The notes under the pieces: generated by a model | The model's database searches: none | What the model saw: the letters and a program-made list of their open reading frames with translations, nothing else | What the model was told of the DNA's origin: nothing | NCBI GenBank assembly: GCA_951406725.2 | Contig: OX597815.1 | Span: 151,032,001-151,096,000, forward strand | Source: Octopus vulgaris | Taxonomy: Eukaryota | Direction: 5' to 3' | Length of the DNA stretch: 64,000 bases | Translations under genes and position numbers: made by a program | In this document: one piece after another, positions 14,801 to 28,299 of the stretch | Numbering within the stretch: the stretch's first letter is position 1 | Layout: each line of letters begins with the position of its first letter

Positions 14801-15129
14801 GAGAAAAGGATATACATACACATGCACACACACACATGCACACACACATACACACACACAAACACACACACACACACACATGTATACACACAAACGTACA
14901 CGTATGCATTTGCGTACATGCACACTCACACATAAACACACACCACATGCACACACACGCACACACATGCACACACACACATCATTTTATGTGCTTCAGT
15001 GTTGTGGCTTCAGTCATGCTGGGGCACCACCGTGACTGTGTACTCTTTCTACAGCCCTCTTATGTGGTTAATTTCTTTTGGGTGACAGGATCTCATAGCA
15101 CCACTCATGCATGTGCTTTTACCCTGGTT

Positions 15130-16365
15130 GTTGGCTCATTTAGTGTATGAAGGGGGTGAACAATGTTACCTTCATCTGTACTCTATGCCTCGACGTTGAT
15201 ACACCTGGTGTCGTGGATGGGATAGTGTCCAGTTCCTTTTTGAAGACATCTACAGCTGCATTGTGTAGTTTTCTTAATTGTTTTTGGCAGAGAATTAAAG
15301 AGCTGTGGACCTTTGAACCCTAATCTATTGCAGTAACTGGTATTCACTTTAGATGGCGTGGATGGTATCTTTGGCACTACACAATAGCGTTAAATGCTTA
15401 GCGACGCTGGGCGAAATGCTTAGCGGTATTTCGTCTGCCGTTACGTTCTGAGTTCAAATCCGCCGAGGTTGACTTTGCCTTTCATCCTTTTGGGGTCGAT
15501 AAATTAAGTACCAGTTACGCACTGGGGTCGATATAATCGACTTAATCCGTTTGTCTGTCCTTGTTTGTCCTTTCTGTGTTTAGCCCCTTGTAGGTAGTAA
15601 GGAAACAGGTATTTCATTTGCCGTTACGTACTGAGTTCAAATTCCGCCGAGGTTGACTTTGCCTTTCATCCTTTCGGGGTCGATAAATTAAGTACCAGTT
15701 ACGCACTGGGGTCGATGTAATCGACTTAATATCTGTGTATGTCCCCTCTATGTTTAGCCCCTTGTGGGCAATAAAGAAATAACAATAGCGTTCAGGTGGA
15801 GTATTTCTATAACTCTTGATACCGAAGTTAGGTATTCAGAATGTTCTTGTTGTATCGCACGTTTGACGTACGATATAACGGGATAATAATAATGTCTTCG
15901 CAAGTCGTTCCACTCAAGTTACTGGTAATAACCCTCGACAATACGCAACTCTCGGCTTTACACTGCGCTGAAGTCTCTCTGCGTATGTCCATTTGTATTG
16001 TGGAACAGTCCATTAGGAGCCAACCAATAGGGGTGTTCTACTTCGACATAACAGCTCTACATCTAAATCATTTCATATCACTAGCGTTTGCGTCCCAGGG
16101 ACTAACATCGCAGCTTTTACAACCTCAGCCGTTCCTCTGTTGCACTGTGGACATCTTTTTAGAGTAACAGAATTAGATCACTTCAAGCTCCGCTGCTAAT
16201 TTGACACTATGTGGAAACCGCAGCATAAAGCAGTAGTTTAGATGGATGATAACGACGATCTTCCACAGGCTCCACACGACTTCTCGCTCTCTTGTCCTGA
16301 AAGACCTTAGTATCCATCTAGTCAATTGTCTATACTTTGTTGTTATTTTGATAATGTGCACATGA
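15130..16365 (-). mobile_element. Fragmented CR1/L2-type LINE 3' region, related to 48813-50846, interrupted by SINEs
   Basis: VPKIPSTPSKVNTSYCNRLGFKGPQLFNSLPK and RQLTRWILRSFRTRERE match the 50082-50777 ORF. Confidence 0.75.
15392..15781 (+). mobile_element. Dimeric SINE family B insertion with 11-bp target-site duplication (TSD)
   Basis: ACAATAGCGTT occurs at 15381-15391 and again at 15782-15792. Confidence 0.85.
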
Positions 16366-16369
16366 AATG

Positions 16370-16738
16370 ATGGTTCCGGATTCAGTCCCACTGCGTGGCA
16401 CCTTGGGCAAGTGTCTTCTACTATAGCCTCGGATCCACAAAAGCCTTGTGAGTGAATTTGGTAGACGGAAACTGAAAGAAGCCCGTCGTATATATGTATA
16501 TATGAATGTATGTATGCGTATATGTTTGTGCCTGTGTTTGTCCCCCAACATCGTTTCACAACCAATGGTGGTGTGTTTACGTCCCCGTAACTTAGCGGTT
16601 CGGCAAAAGAGACTGATAGAATAAGTACTGGGCTTACAAAGTCCTGAGATCGATTTGCTCGACTAAAGGCGGTGCTCCAGTATGGCCTCAGTCAAAAGAC
16701 TGAAACATGTAAAAGAGTAAAAGAGAGAGTAAAAGAGT
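16370..16738 (+). mobile_element. SINE family A, 5'-truncated
   Basis: Family match. Confidence 0.8.
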
Positions 16739-16903
16739 ATACTAATTCCCAAATCTCTCGCTGTCCGTGACATTGGGATTGCAGTACATTCAAATCTTGA
16801 ATATACAGGTTGTAGTGCATTTGAAAGCTGATAGCTCAGTGCTTAAGATTTTCCGGCATTAAACTACATATTGTTTTTCTCCAGCCTATTTGTATATTTC
16901 ATT

Positions 16904-17282
16904 TATTGGGTTGAGGAATAATTCATGGGCTTTTTTTTTTTTTTTTCAAATTTAAAAATGAACGCAGAAATAAAACGCATTGGCAAAATGTTTTTATGTT
17001 ATTTGAAATACAACTGTTTGTTCTACAAGATAGTGTGTTTTGATTTTTTAAATTTTATTGATTTTTGTCTATTTTCAGATCATTAAAATGGAATATCAAG
17101 TGAACAAAACTGAGCATTTTCGACACCATTTGCTTTTTTACATTTAATTGGGGTGTTAAACCAGCCGAAGCTACTCTTGAGATATGTGCTGTGTACAGAG
17201 AAGGAGGAATGCCTCAAAGTACAGCCCACCGTTGGTTTTCGCGTTTCTAAAATGTGAATTTTGACCTCAAGGACGAATCGAC
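16904..17282 (+). mobile_element. Mariner transposon 5' fragment (transposase N-terminus, pseudogenised)
   Basis: From 17088 it reads MEYQVNKTEHFRHHLLFTFNWGVKPAEATLEICAVYREGGMPQSTAHRWFSRF*NVNFDLKDES, a typical mariner DNA-binding region. A probable left end is TATTGGGTTG. Confidence 0.8.
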
Positions 17283-17325
17283 CAAGAGATGTATGTATTG
17301 TTGTTATTGATGTTGTTATTGTTAA

Positions 17326-17540
17326 GGCGGCGAGCTGGCAGAAACGTTAGCACGCTGGGCAAAATGCGTAGCCGTATTTCGTCTGCCGTTACGTTCTGAG
17401 TTCAAATTCCGCCGTGGTTGACTTTGCCTTTCATCCTTTCAGGGTCGATAAATTAAGTACCAGTAGCGTACTGGTGTCGATATAATCGACTGGCCCCCTC
17501 CCACCAAATTCAGGCCCTGTGCTTATAGTAGAAAGGATTA
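17326..17540 (+). mobile_element. SINE family B
   Basis: Family match. Confidence 0.85.
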
Positions 17541-17714
17541 ATGTTATTGTTATTGTTGCTGTTGTTACTGCTCTGGTTATTATTGTGAAGAAGAAGAAGT
17601 ACTACTACCAATAGTATGCTGAATTAACAGAATCGTTAGAGCGCTAGAACATATGTTTTGCGGTATTTCATCCGACTATTTACGATTTAATTTCAAATCC
17701 CGCTGAGGTCAGTT

Positions 17715-18565
17715 CAATCTCGAAACTCCTGTATTTTCAAAGCTGTTTTACTTCCTTCCTACGTAGGGACGGAAATATCTTTCAAAATGTGAATCATAGC
17801 AATAGTTACTTTCAGGAAACAGTGTTCTGGTCTAGCACATGGTATGTTTAAAATACCACGAAATGCTGGGATACTGAGAAAAGTAGCTGATGATTATTTT
17901 TTCGTATAGTTCGGGAGTTTATGAAAGTACTTTAGAGTTTTGCTTGACATACGAAGCGAACCGTTTTTGTTTCAATAGTAATATAAGGATCGTATTTTTA
18001 AACTAAGTTTTTTTTTCTTAATCTCTCTGTTATCAGTGGGATTATGTTCCTGAATTATAGAAGACCTCTTCACGTTACAATCCTCTTTTGATCGTAAAAA
18101 ATTTTAAATATATGTTCGATAGTAAGCATAAGCCGACTTATGTATACCGAATCTGTTGAGCCCATATTTACAACGAAAGGTATAGCTGAATATTTTTAAT
18201 TCCAGATGACATTACGGAAGTTTAGCAAAGTTTCCTGGGTGCATAGGATTATTTTTATTTCTTCATTGATGAAGTTGGTAGAATTAAGGACTGCAGCAAC
18301 CAAGTCTTTAGAGGTGTGTGTATAGTTTTGGAAATGTAATTTCAAAAATTTACAAACGATAAGTCGTATTTTGGGTTTATTGCCGAACTCTGATTCATGA
18401 TCCTTAAATGTGAAGTATGACGTTTTGAATGTTAGTATTTCCTTTCTATTTCAAACTTTTATTCCATTATAGTTTTTGGTAACTACCAGAGAAATTTGTG
18501 ATATTAAGCATGGTTCTTGTTTTTGTTCGAGTGGATAAATATACATCCAGATTCTTTATACCATC
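17715..18565 (-). mobile_element. Highly degenerate Penelope-like RT fragment
   Basis: TFKDHESEFGNKPKIRLI and EEIKIILCTQETLL..W..PFVVNMGSTDS resemble the TLKDHK..PK.RLI and FDVTMGS.DG motifs of PLE RTs. Confidence 0.5.
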
Positions 18566-19200
18566 TAATTTCTCTGCTTCTTCATTCTTTCTTTTCCATT
18601 TTCTTTTCCTTCTTCCTCTTTTTCCTTCCTCTTTTTCCTCGTTTTCTGATTTTTTTCTTCTTGCCTATTGCTGCTACATTGTTTCTTTTTATTCGCCTTC
18701 TTCTTCTTCTTCTTCTTCTTCTTCTTCTTCTTCTTCTTCTTCTTCTTCTTCTTCTTCTTCTTCTTCTTCTTCTTCTTCTTCTTCCTTGTCTTCTAATTTT
18801 TTCTACTCTTTGCTTATCGCTTCTTCATTCTTTCTTTTTCATCTTCTTTGAGGACTATTGCGATTTATATTAAATATTTCTATATAGTATGGAGCGACCT
18901 TCTTTAAGCAGTATTACCAGCTGGTTTATCAGCGGGGTTTTAAATTTAAAACCGTATTTAATGATAGCATCCTGGTTTTCATCGTTTTTGACAAAGAGGT
19001 ATATTCACTAATCTAGTCTTTTGATTAATACAAATGTGTTCATTTATACATAAAAGATATCCATGTCTACATATACGCGGGCAGCAATGTCGAACACCCT
19101 GATCCACCAAAAGCCAATCGCATAAGATTGGCTATTGAAAAGGTAATTATACTGGCAGTGTTCCAGCATGGTCACAGTCTTAAGGCTGAAACGTATAAAA

Positions 19201-19244
<44 letters not shown>

Positions 19245-19331
19245 AGAATTCACAAAAAAAACAAAAGACGAAGACAGGTAGTGTAGACAACAAACAAATG
19301 TATTAGTATAACGCTCGGGAAGTGAAAAAGT

Positions 19332-19367
19332 CTTTAACGTTTCGAGCCTACGCTCTTCCACGGAAAG
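19332..19367 (-). ncRNA. Variant minimal hammerhead-like motif in a (TA)n-flanked element
   Basis: CTTT-CCGTGGA-A-GAGC(GTAG)GCTC-GAAAC-GTT-AAAG. The stems pair but the core deviates from CUGANGA. Confidence 0.4.
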
Positions 19368-19717
19368 GAACATAGAAGAAAGGATAGAAAATAAAGAATG
19401 TGTAGTGGGTACCGATCTATCATGGTGAATAATATATGAACAATGAACAACATATCGTGAATAAGACGTACAGGAATGAATTTAAAATATAATAAAGTCT
19501 TAAACATTATTATATTTAAACTATACAGGAATGTTAACACATTCCGTCTCTGCTTTCAATGAGCGGGGGGAAAACGAGAGTGCGAGCCTTCTATTGGACC
19601 ATTTCAGAGGAGAAAGAGAGAAAGAGAGAAAGAGAGGGGGGAAAGGAAGAATGGAGCGGGGCTGGCCATACTCCTTGTCACATTGAGTTTGCCCAAGATT
19701 TACGTTAGTAGCACAAG

Positions 19718-19794
<77 letters not shown>

Positions 19795-20986
19795 AATTTA
19801 TCCGTTCACTCACTAAGACAACACAATGCGGGGAGTAAGCGATTTTGTTGATTGAACCAATGAAAATGTTCTTTGATGGAACTGACAAGAAATTCGTCAT
19901 CACCATCACTTCCGTTATGTTCTTTCTCTAACTCACCCTTCCCCCCTCTCACTCTCTCTCTCTCTCTATCTATCTATCTCTCGTCTTTCTCTTTCTATGT
20001 CCTCTCTTTATCTTTCTGTCTGTCAGTCTCTCTCTCACTCCGTCTTTCTCTCTTTCTCCTCTATCTCTTTATGTCCTTCTCTCTCCCCCTCTCCCTCTCT
20101 TTCCCCTCACTCTATGTCTTTCTCTCTTTAATTTTCCATCTCCCCCCTCTCCCCCCTCTCTCTCTCGTCTTTCTCTTTCAATGTCCTCTGTTTATCTTTC
20201 TGTCTGTCAGTCTCTCTCTCATTCCGTCTTTCTCTCTTTCTCCTCTATCTCTTTATGTCCTTCTCTCTCCCCTTCTCCCTCTCTTTCCCCTCTCTCTGTC
20301 TTTCTCTCTTTAATTTTCTCTCTCCCCCTCTCTCTCTATGTCCTTATCTTTCTTTACATTTCTGCTTAATACTTTTCTTTTTTGTTGTTGTTGTTTATAT
20401 TCCTTTAATCAATTCCAAAACACTACACTTCACTTCCACGTGTAACATAAACAAACAAAACCACACAACAACAACAACTACAGAGACATATTCACTTGTT
20501 CTTCCTTTTCTTTCTTGAAATTCTTTCTCATATTTCTCATCATCCCCCTCTCGCCTCCTCATCCCTGATCCTCTCACCCACCTCCTACCCCACAAACACT
20601 CCGATCGACCATTTTATCAAATAACAATCAAAATCTTTTGGACAAACAACATTTGACATTGAATCAACCCTCATTCCATACAACTAAAACATTTCTTCTC
20701 TTTGCTTATCCCTTCTTCATTCTTTCTTCTCCATCTCCTTCTTCTTTTTCTTCTTCTTCTTCTTCTTCTTCTTCTTCTTCTTCTTCTTCTTCTTCTTCTT
20801 CTTCTTCTTCTTCTCCTTCCTTGTATTCTAATTTTTTGTACTCTTTGCTTACCGCTTCTTCATTCTTTCTTTTCCTTCTTCCTCTTTTTCCTTCCTCGTC
20901 TTCCTCGTTTACTGATTTTTTTTTCTTGCCTATTGCTAATACATTTTTCTTTTTATTCGCCTTCTTCTTCTTCTTCTTCTTCTTCT

Positions 20987-21525
20987 GAGTGAGGGAGCTG
21001 TGCATGCCATCAAAGTGACTCTGGGCTAAAATATACGAAGCCCAATATACCCATCATGACTATCCGTCTGATAAGGGTACACCTTGTGCATGCATCACAA
21101 CCATATGTGCGCGACATGGTGATCTCATATCAAGATTAACAGCGCATGACCTTGCAGGTGGGGCCCAGTTAGAATTTTCGTCAGGTAGAGTAGCCCATCT
21201 CACTTAAATGTTCCTTGAATAAAGGTTGTTTAAGGATGTTGTATAAAGCACTCATGTTTCCAGAGGTAAATATTCCAAACCCCAAAGAATTCCTCTCAAC
21301 ACATGAGTATGATACTCCCCCACTACTTCTTCCCGAGATCAGAGATGCACATATCGTCAGCCACTAAGGGATATGCTCGACTGGTTAAGGTCAAACAACT
21401 GACAAGCAAATCTGTGGTATTGAGCAGAATATTTGCTGCAGCCCATCTTTTATACCTAAACATGATAATAATCAGTTAAGATCAGAAGCCATGAGAGCCA
21501 CTGTCTGGTGTTGTATCAGGGCATT
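20987..21525 (-). mobile_element. TAA-associated element, copy 5
   Basis: Homologous to copy 1; (TTC)n on the left, (TTA)n on the right. Confidence 0.85.
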
Positions 21526-21526
21526 A

Positions 21527-21610
<84 letters not shown>

Positions 21611-22000
21611 CAGCATCAATATTATTTTTTATTATTATTATCATTTTGGCGGCGGCAAACTGTCAGTATCGTTAGCACGCCGGACAAAATTCTTTGTTAT
21701 ATTTCTTCCGCTTGAACGTTCTCAGTTCAAACTCCGCTGAGGTAGACGTTGCATCTCAAGGTCAATGACATATAAGTACCAGTTGAGCACGGCGTCAATG
21801 TAATCGTCTGGTCCCACCCACAAATTTTCAGGCCTTATGTAGAAAGAATTCAATTTCCACCGAGGTCGACTATGTCTTTTATCTTCTTTCAGGGTCGATA
21901 AAATAAGTTCCAGTCGAACACTGGGGTCGGTGTTATTGTCTTATTTCCTCCCTCTGAATTGCTGGCTTTGTGCCAAAATTTGAAACCATTATCATCATCA

Positions 22001-22086
<86 letters not shown>

Positions 22087-22107
22087 TTGATTATTATTAT
22101 TATTATT

Positions 22108-23349
22108 CAGTAGTTTTATTTTTATAGCGTGCTTTCACTTCACTAGCGAGCGCAGCTCTGTGTGCCTTGGGTATGTGTTGTGATTTGTTGTGATGCTCTG
22201 ATGGTTATTGTATGGAAAGTGTTCTGCGTAGGATGTGTGCCGTGCCTGGTAGTGCAATTTTCTGTATATTATGTGTTTGTAAGTCCTGGTGTTTTTATCA
22301 TGCCTAATGCACCTACTATGATAGGAATTGTTTCTGTTTTCAGATTCCACATTCTGGTTACCTCTATTTCCAGGTCTTTGTATTTTGAGAGTTTCTCCAT
22401 TTCTTTTAGAGACACGTTGTCATCTGCCGGTATTGATACATCAATTAGAAAGCATTTTTTTCTTCATGATCTCTGACAACTATATCTGGCCTGTTGGCCT
22501 TAATTTCTCTATCTGTGTGTATCAGCATATCCCAGAGTATGGTTGCTTTCTCGTTTTCTGTGACCTTTTCTGGTGTGTGCCTATACCATTTTTTTCTGTT
22601 GTTATTCCATAATGTTGGCATAGCTTCCAATGTATGTAGGTTCCAACTCTGTCATGTCTGTGAATATATTCCTTCTTAGCCAGGACTGGGCAGCTAGAGA
22701 TAATATGATTTATTGTTTCTTGTCCATCTCCACATATTCTGCAGTTACTTGTAATATTTCTTTTCATTACATGTTTTTGGTAATTTCTGGTGGGGAGGCT
22801 TTGGTCTTGTGCTGCAATTAAAAATCCCTCTGTTTCTGCTTTGAGTCCTGAGCTTCTCAACCATTGCAGGGATTTTTCTTTGTCTATTTCTTTTGCATTT
22901 AGTTTAGTCCAGTATTTACCATGAAGGGGCTTTTCTTGCCATCGTTTTATCATGGTTTGTTGCTGTTCTATTTTTAGTTTGGATTTCATTTGTTTTATAG
23001 CTTTTGTTGTTTCTTCATCATCTTCTTCTTATTCTTCATATTTATTAGGTGGTATGATTTCTTGTTTGTATTTGTCAGCTTCCTTAAATACTGAGAACAG
23101 TTTTTTTGTTTTGCTCGTGTTTTGCCGCTATTTGTATCAGTTTTCCTTCCTTCTGAAGTAGATATTTTTGCAGTCCTTTGGTGGTTATTCTATAGTAGTT
23201 TTCCAGCTGTATAAGGCCTCTACCACCTTCTATACGTTGTATATATAGTCTTTCTATGTCAGATTTTGGGTGATGCATCCTAGATCCTGTCATTATTTTT
23301 CTTGTTTTCCTATCTATTTTGGTCAGTTCATTTCGTGTCCAGTTAAGGA

Positions 23350-23352
<3 letters not shown>
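22108..23352 (-). mobile_element. 5'-truncated R4/Dong-like LINE inserted in a (TAA)n array
   Basis: Frameshifted ORF: LNWTRNELTKIDRKTRK..GGRGL, LKAETEGFLIAAQDQSL, CRICGDGQETINHIISSC (CCHC), HRHDRVG, KANRPDIVVRD (RLE). Long TAA arrays abut both ends. Confidence 0.92.
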
Positions 23353-23432
<80 letters not shown>

Positions 23433-23458
23433 GTTATTATTATTATTATTATTATTAC

Positions 23459-23509
<51 letters not shown>

Positions 23510-23526
23510 CATCATTATTATTATTA

Positions 23527-23584
<58 letters not shown>

Positions 23585-23596
23585 CATTATTATTAT

Positions 23597-24030
23597 GGCG
23601 GTGAGCTAGCAGAAACTAGCACGCCGGGTGAAATGCTTAGCAGTATTTCGTCTGTCTTTACTTCTGACTTTCAAATTCCGCCGAGTCCGACTTTGCCTTT
23701 CATCCTTTCGGAGTCGATAAAATTAAGTACCAGTTGTGTACTGAGCTCGATCTAATCGACTGGACCCGCCCCCTTCCCAAAAATTTCGGGCCCTGTGTCT
23801 AGAGTAGATAAAAAATTAGCACGCCAGACAAAATGCTTAGTGATACGCTTAGAGATATTTCGATATGCTTAGTGACGCTTCGTTCGACTTTATGTTCTGA
23901 ACTCAATTTCGACTTTGCCTTTCCTGCTTTTGAGGTCAATTAGATAAGTACCAGTTGAGTGCAGGGGGATCGATGTAATCGACTTACTCCCTCACTCAAA
24001 ATTGTTGTTCTTGGGCCAAAATTTGAAATC
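23597..24030 (+). mobile_element. Two tandem SINE family B copies
   Basis: Family match. Confidence 0.75.
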
Positions 24031-24216
24031 ATCATCATCCTTCACTTATCCACTCCTTTAATAATGGTCATCTTTTACCTGCTTTTCATTTTCGTTCCTT
24101 TTATTTTCTCATACATACATACATACATACATACATACATACATACATACATACATACATACATACATACACACATACATACATACATGCATATACATAC
24201 ACATAGATACCTATAA

Positions 24217-24265
<49 letters not shown>

Positions 24266-24353
24266 CATATATTTATATACGCGCGCGCGCACGCACACAC
24301 ACACACACACACACACACATGTATATATATATATATATATATATGCATTCACG

Positions 24354-24977
24354 TGGAGGTGCAATGGTCCAGTGGTTAGGGCAAAGGCGGCGAGCTGGCA
24401 GAAACGTTAGCACGCCGGGCGAAATGCGTAGCCGTATTTCGTCTGCCGTTACGTTCTGAGTTCACATTCCGCCGAGGTCGACTTTGCCTTTCATCCTTTC
24501 GGAGTCGATAAATTAAGTACTATTTACGCACTGGGGACGATATAATCAACTTAATCCGTTTGTCTGTCCTTGTTTGTCCCCTCTATGTTTAGCCCCTTGT
24601 GGGTAGTAAAGAAATAGATTAGGGCAAAGGACTCGCAGTCGAAGGATCGCGGTTTCGATTCCCAGACCGGGCGTTGAGAGGGTTTATTGAGCGAAAACAC
24701 CTAAAGCTCCACGAGGCTCCGGCAGGGGTGGGGGCGAACCCTGCTGTACTCTTTCACCACAACTTTCTCTTTTTCTTCCTGTTTCTGTTTTTGTATCTGT
24801 ATTTCAAGAGCCAGCCTCCTCACACTCTGTGTCACGCAGAATCTCCCCCAAGAACTAAGTTAAGGGGTACATGTGTCTGTGGAGTGCTCAGCCATATGCA
24901 CGTTAATTTCACTAGCAGGCTGTTCCGTTGATCGGATCAACTCGAACCCCCGTCGTCGTAACTGACGGAGTGCCACA
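24354..24977 (+). mobile_element. SINE family C interrupted by family B (24386-24618) with TSD
   Basis: TTAGGGCAAAGG is duplicated at 24376-24387 and 24619-24630. Confidence 0.85.
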
Positions 24978-25051
24978 ATATACATACACACACACACATC
25001 ACGTTTTCCTGCTTTCATTTTCGTTCCTTTTATTTCCTCTCATATACAAAC

Positions 25052-25122
<71 letters not shown>

Positions 25123-25129
25123 GAGAGGA

Positions 25130-25175
<46 letters not shown>

Positions 25176-25299
25176 GAGCAAAACGCCCCCCCCCCCTCCG
25201 TTCAATGGATGGTGCTGAGTTGTCAAACATTTAAACCAAATTTTCTCAAAACAACTTGTCCGACCGTCCCATAGGCCTCCCCTTTGAGAAACACTGATT

Positions 25300-25570
25300 T
25301 AAACTAAATTTGAGACACCGTTATTTTTCTCGCATACGCGTAGTATTGATCGCAACAACTGATGTACTTGCGCGTACAAATGCACGTTCCCACGGCTTTA
25401 TCGATCGCATTCTCACCTGGAATCGATTTTTGTAATTTTTTCAAGACTTATACACGCCTGATACCGTCGGTATCTACATATCAAATTTGAGCGCAATCGG
25501 ATGGAGGATGCCCGAGATCCTAGAAGACACACACACACAGACAGACAGAACGGATTTTATATAATAGATA
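25300..25570 (+). mobile_element. Possible non-autonomous Helentron/DINE-like remnant
   Basis: CAAATTTGAGCGCAATCGG..(CA)n(CAGA)n..TATATAATAGAT end architecture; family-level resemblance only. Confidence 0.35.
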
Positions 25571-26050
25571 TGTATGCGCGCGCACACACAAACACACACA
25601 CACATAATTTTTTCCTACTTTCAGTTTCGTTCGTATATCTCCCTCTTTTTATCTATACTTTTTTTTTTCTTCGTTTCCAAGTTTTTTTCTCCTTTTTACT
25701 TCTCATTCCTTTCCGGTTTTTCTTCTTCTTCTTCTTCTGAATCACTTTATTTTAATTCAATTTTTTTTCCCTTTTTCAATTTTCATCTTGAAATTCATTA
25801 TCTTTTTCCTATTTTCTTCCCGTTTTTTCTGTTTCTTTTCTTTTCTTTTTATCTTCGTGCTGCTCTTCTCGTTGCTGTCCTTATTCTTGTTTTCGTCGTT
25901 GCTGTTGTTATTGTCGTTGTTGTTGCTGTTGTTACTTGTTCTCATTCTTGCCTTGCTTTATTGATTTCTTTGCGGGCTACAGAAATAATTAGAATAAAGA
26001 CAGCCACCAAGAAATTACATGCGAAAGGAGGCTAAAAGTGTAGCGACACT

Positions 26051-26101
<51 letters not shown>

Positions 26102-26117
26102 GCGTGTGTATGTGAAC

Positions 26118-26162
<45 letters not shown>

Positions 26163-26204
26163 CGTTAGCTGAGTACACAAGACTTTTCGAAATTCCCTTT
26201 GAGT

Positions 26205-26268
<64 letters not shown>

Positions 26269-26679
26269 GTGCCAGCTGTTTTAACGGTGTTCCATAAGCA
26301 GCTGGAATATTTGATTATTTCCTTAAGGATTTCTGACAATCCCATCACCGATTTTCCTGAATCCTCAACAGGATTTTTTTCTTTTCTATTTTCCATATTT
26401 TATTTGCTTGCGGTTTTTTTTTTTTTTTGGTTTTTTTTGTGTGTGTGTTTTTTTTTGTCCGGAAACAGGCGGTAGGATTTGAATATAAAAAGGCACAAAT
26501 CCGAAACAGATGTCATCAGTCGCGCAGGATTTGATGTAGCGTTGAGCACTCGTTCTCAGTGTCCGATATTAGCGGACATATATGTGTGTGTACGTGTATG
26601 CGTGTATGTATTGTGTGTGCATGTCTGTATGCATGTTTGTGTATATGCGTGTGCGACCATGTGGTGGGGGTATCTTTTC

Positions 26680-27058
26680 TTTGCTTCAGTCATCAAACAG
26701 CGGCCATACTGGGGTACCGCCTTTTTATTCGAACGAATCGACTCCATTACTTATGTTTAAGCCTGATACTTATTCTATTAGATTCTTTGACCGAACCGCT
26801 AAGTTAACGTGACGCTAACATATCAACACCGGTTGTCAAGCGGTGGTAGGGACGAACATAGACACAATACCACACATACACACACACACACACATATATA
26901 CGACAATCTTTTTTTCAGCTTTTGTCTACTAAATCCACTGACAAGGTTTTGGTCGGCCCGAGACTGCAATAGAAATCACTTACCTAAGATACGACGCAGT
27001 GAGACTGAACATGGAACCAGGTAGTTGAGAAGCAAACTTCTTACCACACAGCCACACC
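26680..27058 (-). mobile_element. SINE family A
   Basis: Family match. Confidence 0.8.
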
Positions 27059-27061
27059 ACT

Positions 27062-27100
<39 letters not shown>

Positions 27101-27327
27101 TGATAATAGAAGGGTAAAATTTATTAATTAAATTAATTAATCAATTAATTAACAATTTTACCAAGTAGATCGGTACGTTAAAATAACTTTATAGGTAAAA
27201 TTATCCACATAATTATAATTAGCTGAACCCTAATTATAATTATATATACATATGTGTATATATATATATGCATATTTGTATATCCACGAGTCTCTCTATC
27301 TAAACACACACACACACATATATATAT

Positions 27328-27410
<83 letters not shown>

Positions 27411-27422
27411 TACATATATATT

Positions 27423-27459
<37 letters not shown>

Positions 27460-27517
27460 TTGTATATACATGAGTATCTATGTCCTGTTTTTCATTTTAT
27501 TTCATTTGATACATATA

Positions 27518-27565
<48 letters not shown>

Positions 27566-27569
<4 letters not shown>

Positions 27570-28286
27570 TTTATGATCTATTTCTAGCATTCTGGCCGGC
27601 TACCTAGCAGGCCAGCCCTGCCAATATACACATATATTTGAATTTTCTCTGACTCCTCAGATTTTTTGAATGCTGGACTACTGGTTTTAAATTGATATTA
27701 AAATTAATATTAATTTATCTCCCTCAATTTTTAAATATTTAAATAAATACGTTCCCTAGTAGTAAGCTTTACCCGCAGTGAATTATTCACTGCAGCCCTT
27801 CGCTTCAGGAGTCTCTTAGCGCGCCGGAACCAAGACATTTGAAATTTTATTCCCGATGTAATCAGTAAGACTAAGCACGTGTCTGTCTTGACACAGAGAG
27901 CTGGGGTTAGTCTTTCAGTTTGCATCTCGAGGACCGAATGTACTGAAGAAGTCACGGACACTTGAATTATGCAAGTAATTCTTTTGTTAAGACCGAAACC
28001 GAGGTATGCATTTAAGTCTGTTTTTTATTTAATTTTTCATATGTCCTGCCCGCCAAATTTGGTTCTGGTGTTCGCTGAATTCTTCCTCTAGAGAATTTCC
28101 CTTGTAGTTTGATCGTTTATGATCTATTTCTAGCATTCTGGCCGGCTACCTAGCAGGCCAGCCCTGCCAATATACACATATATTTGAATTTTCTCTGACT
28201 CCTCAGATTTTTTGAATGCTGGACTACTGGTTTTAAATTGATATTAAAATTAATATTAATTTATCTCCCTCAATTTTTAAATATTT
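27566..28286 (+). mobile_element. Retrozyme-like element: 546-bp unit plus 175-bp terminal redundancy, inserted in (TA)n
   Basis: 27566-27740 appears identical to 28112-28286. It has an internal hammerhead, no coding capacity, and TA repeats on both flanks. Confidence 0.8.
27937..28012 (+). ncRNA. Type I hammerhead ribozyme
   Basis: Stem I AATGTA/TGCATT; core CTGAAGA; stem II AGTC..GACC with internal GAATTA/TAATTC hairpin; GAAA; stem III ACC-GA-GGT; cleavage triplet GTA. Confidence 0.8.
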
Positions 28287-28299
28287 TATATATATATAT

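Noticed and set aside
26478-26535. GGATTTG/CAAATCC stem followed by GAAACA-GA-TGTC, resembling half a hammerhead
   Set aside because: No CUGANGA-like core at the required position and no stem I.
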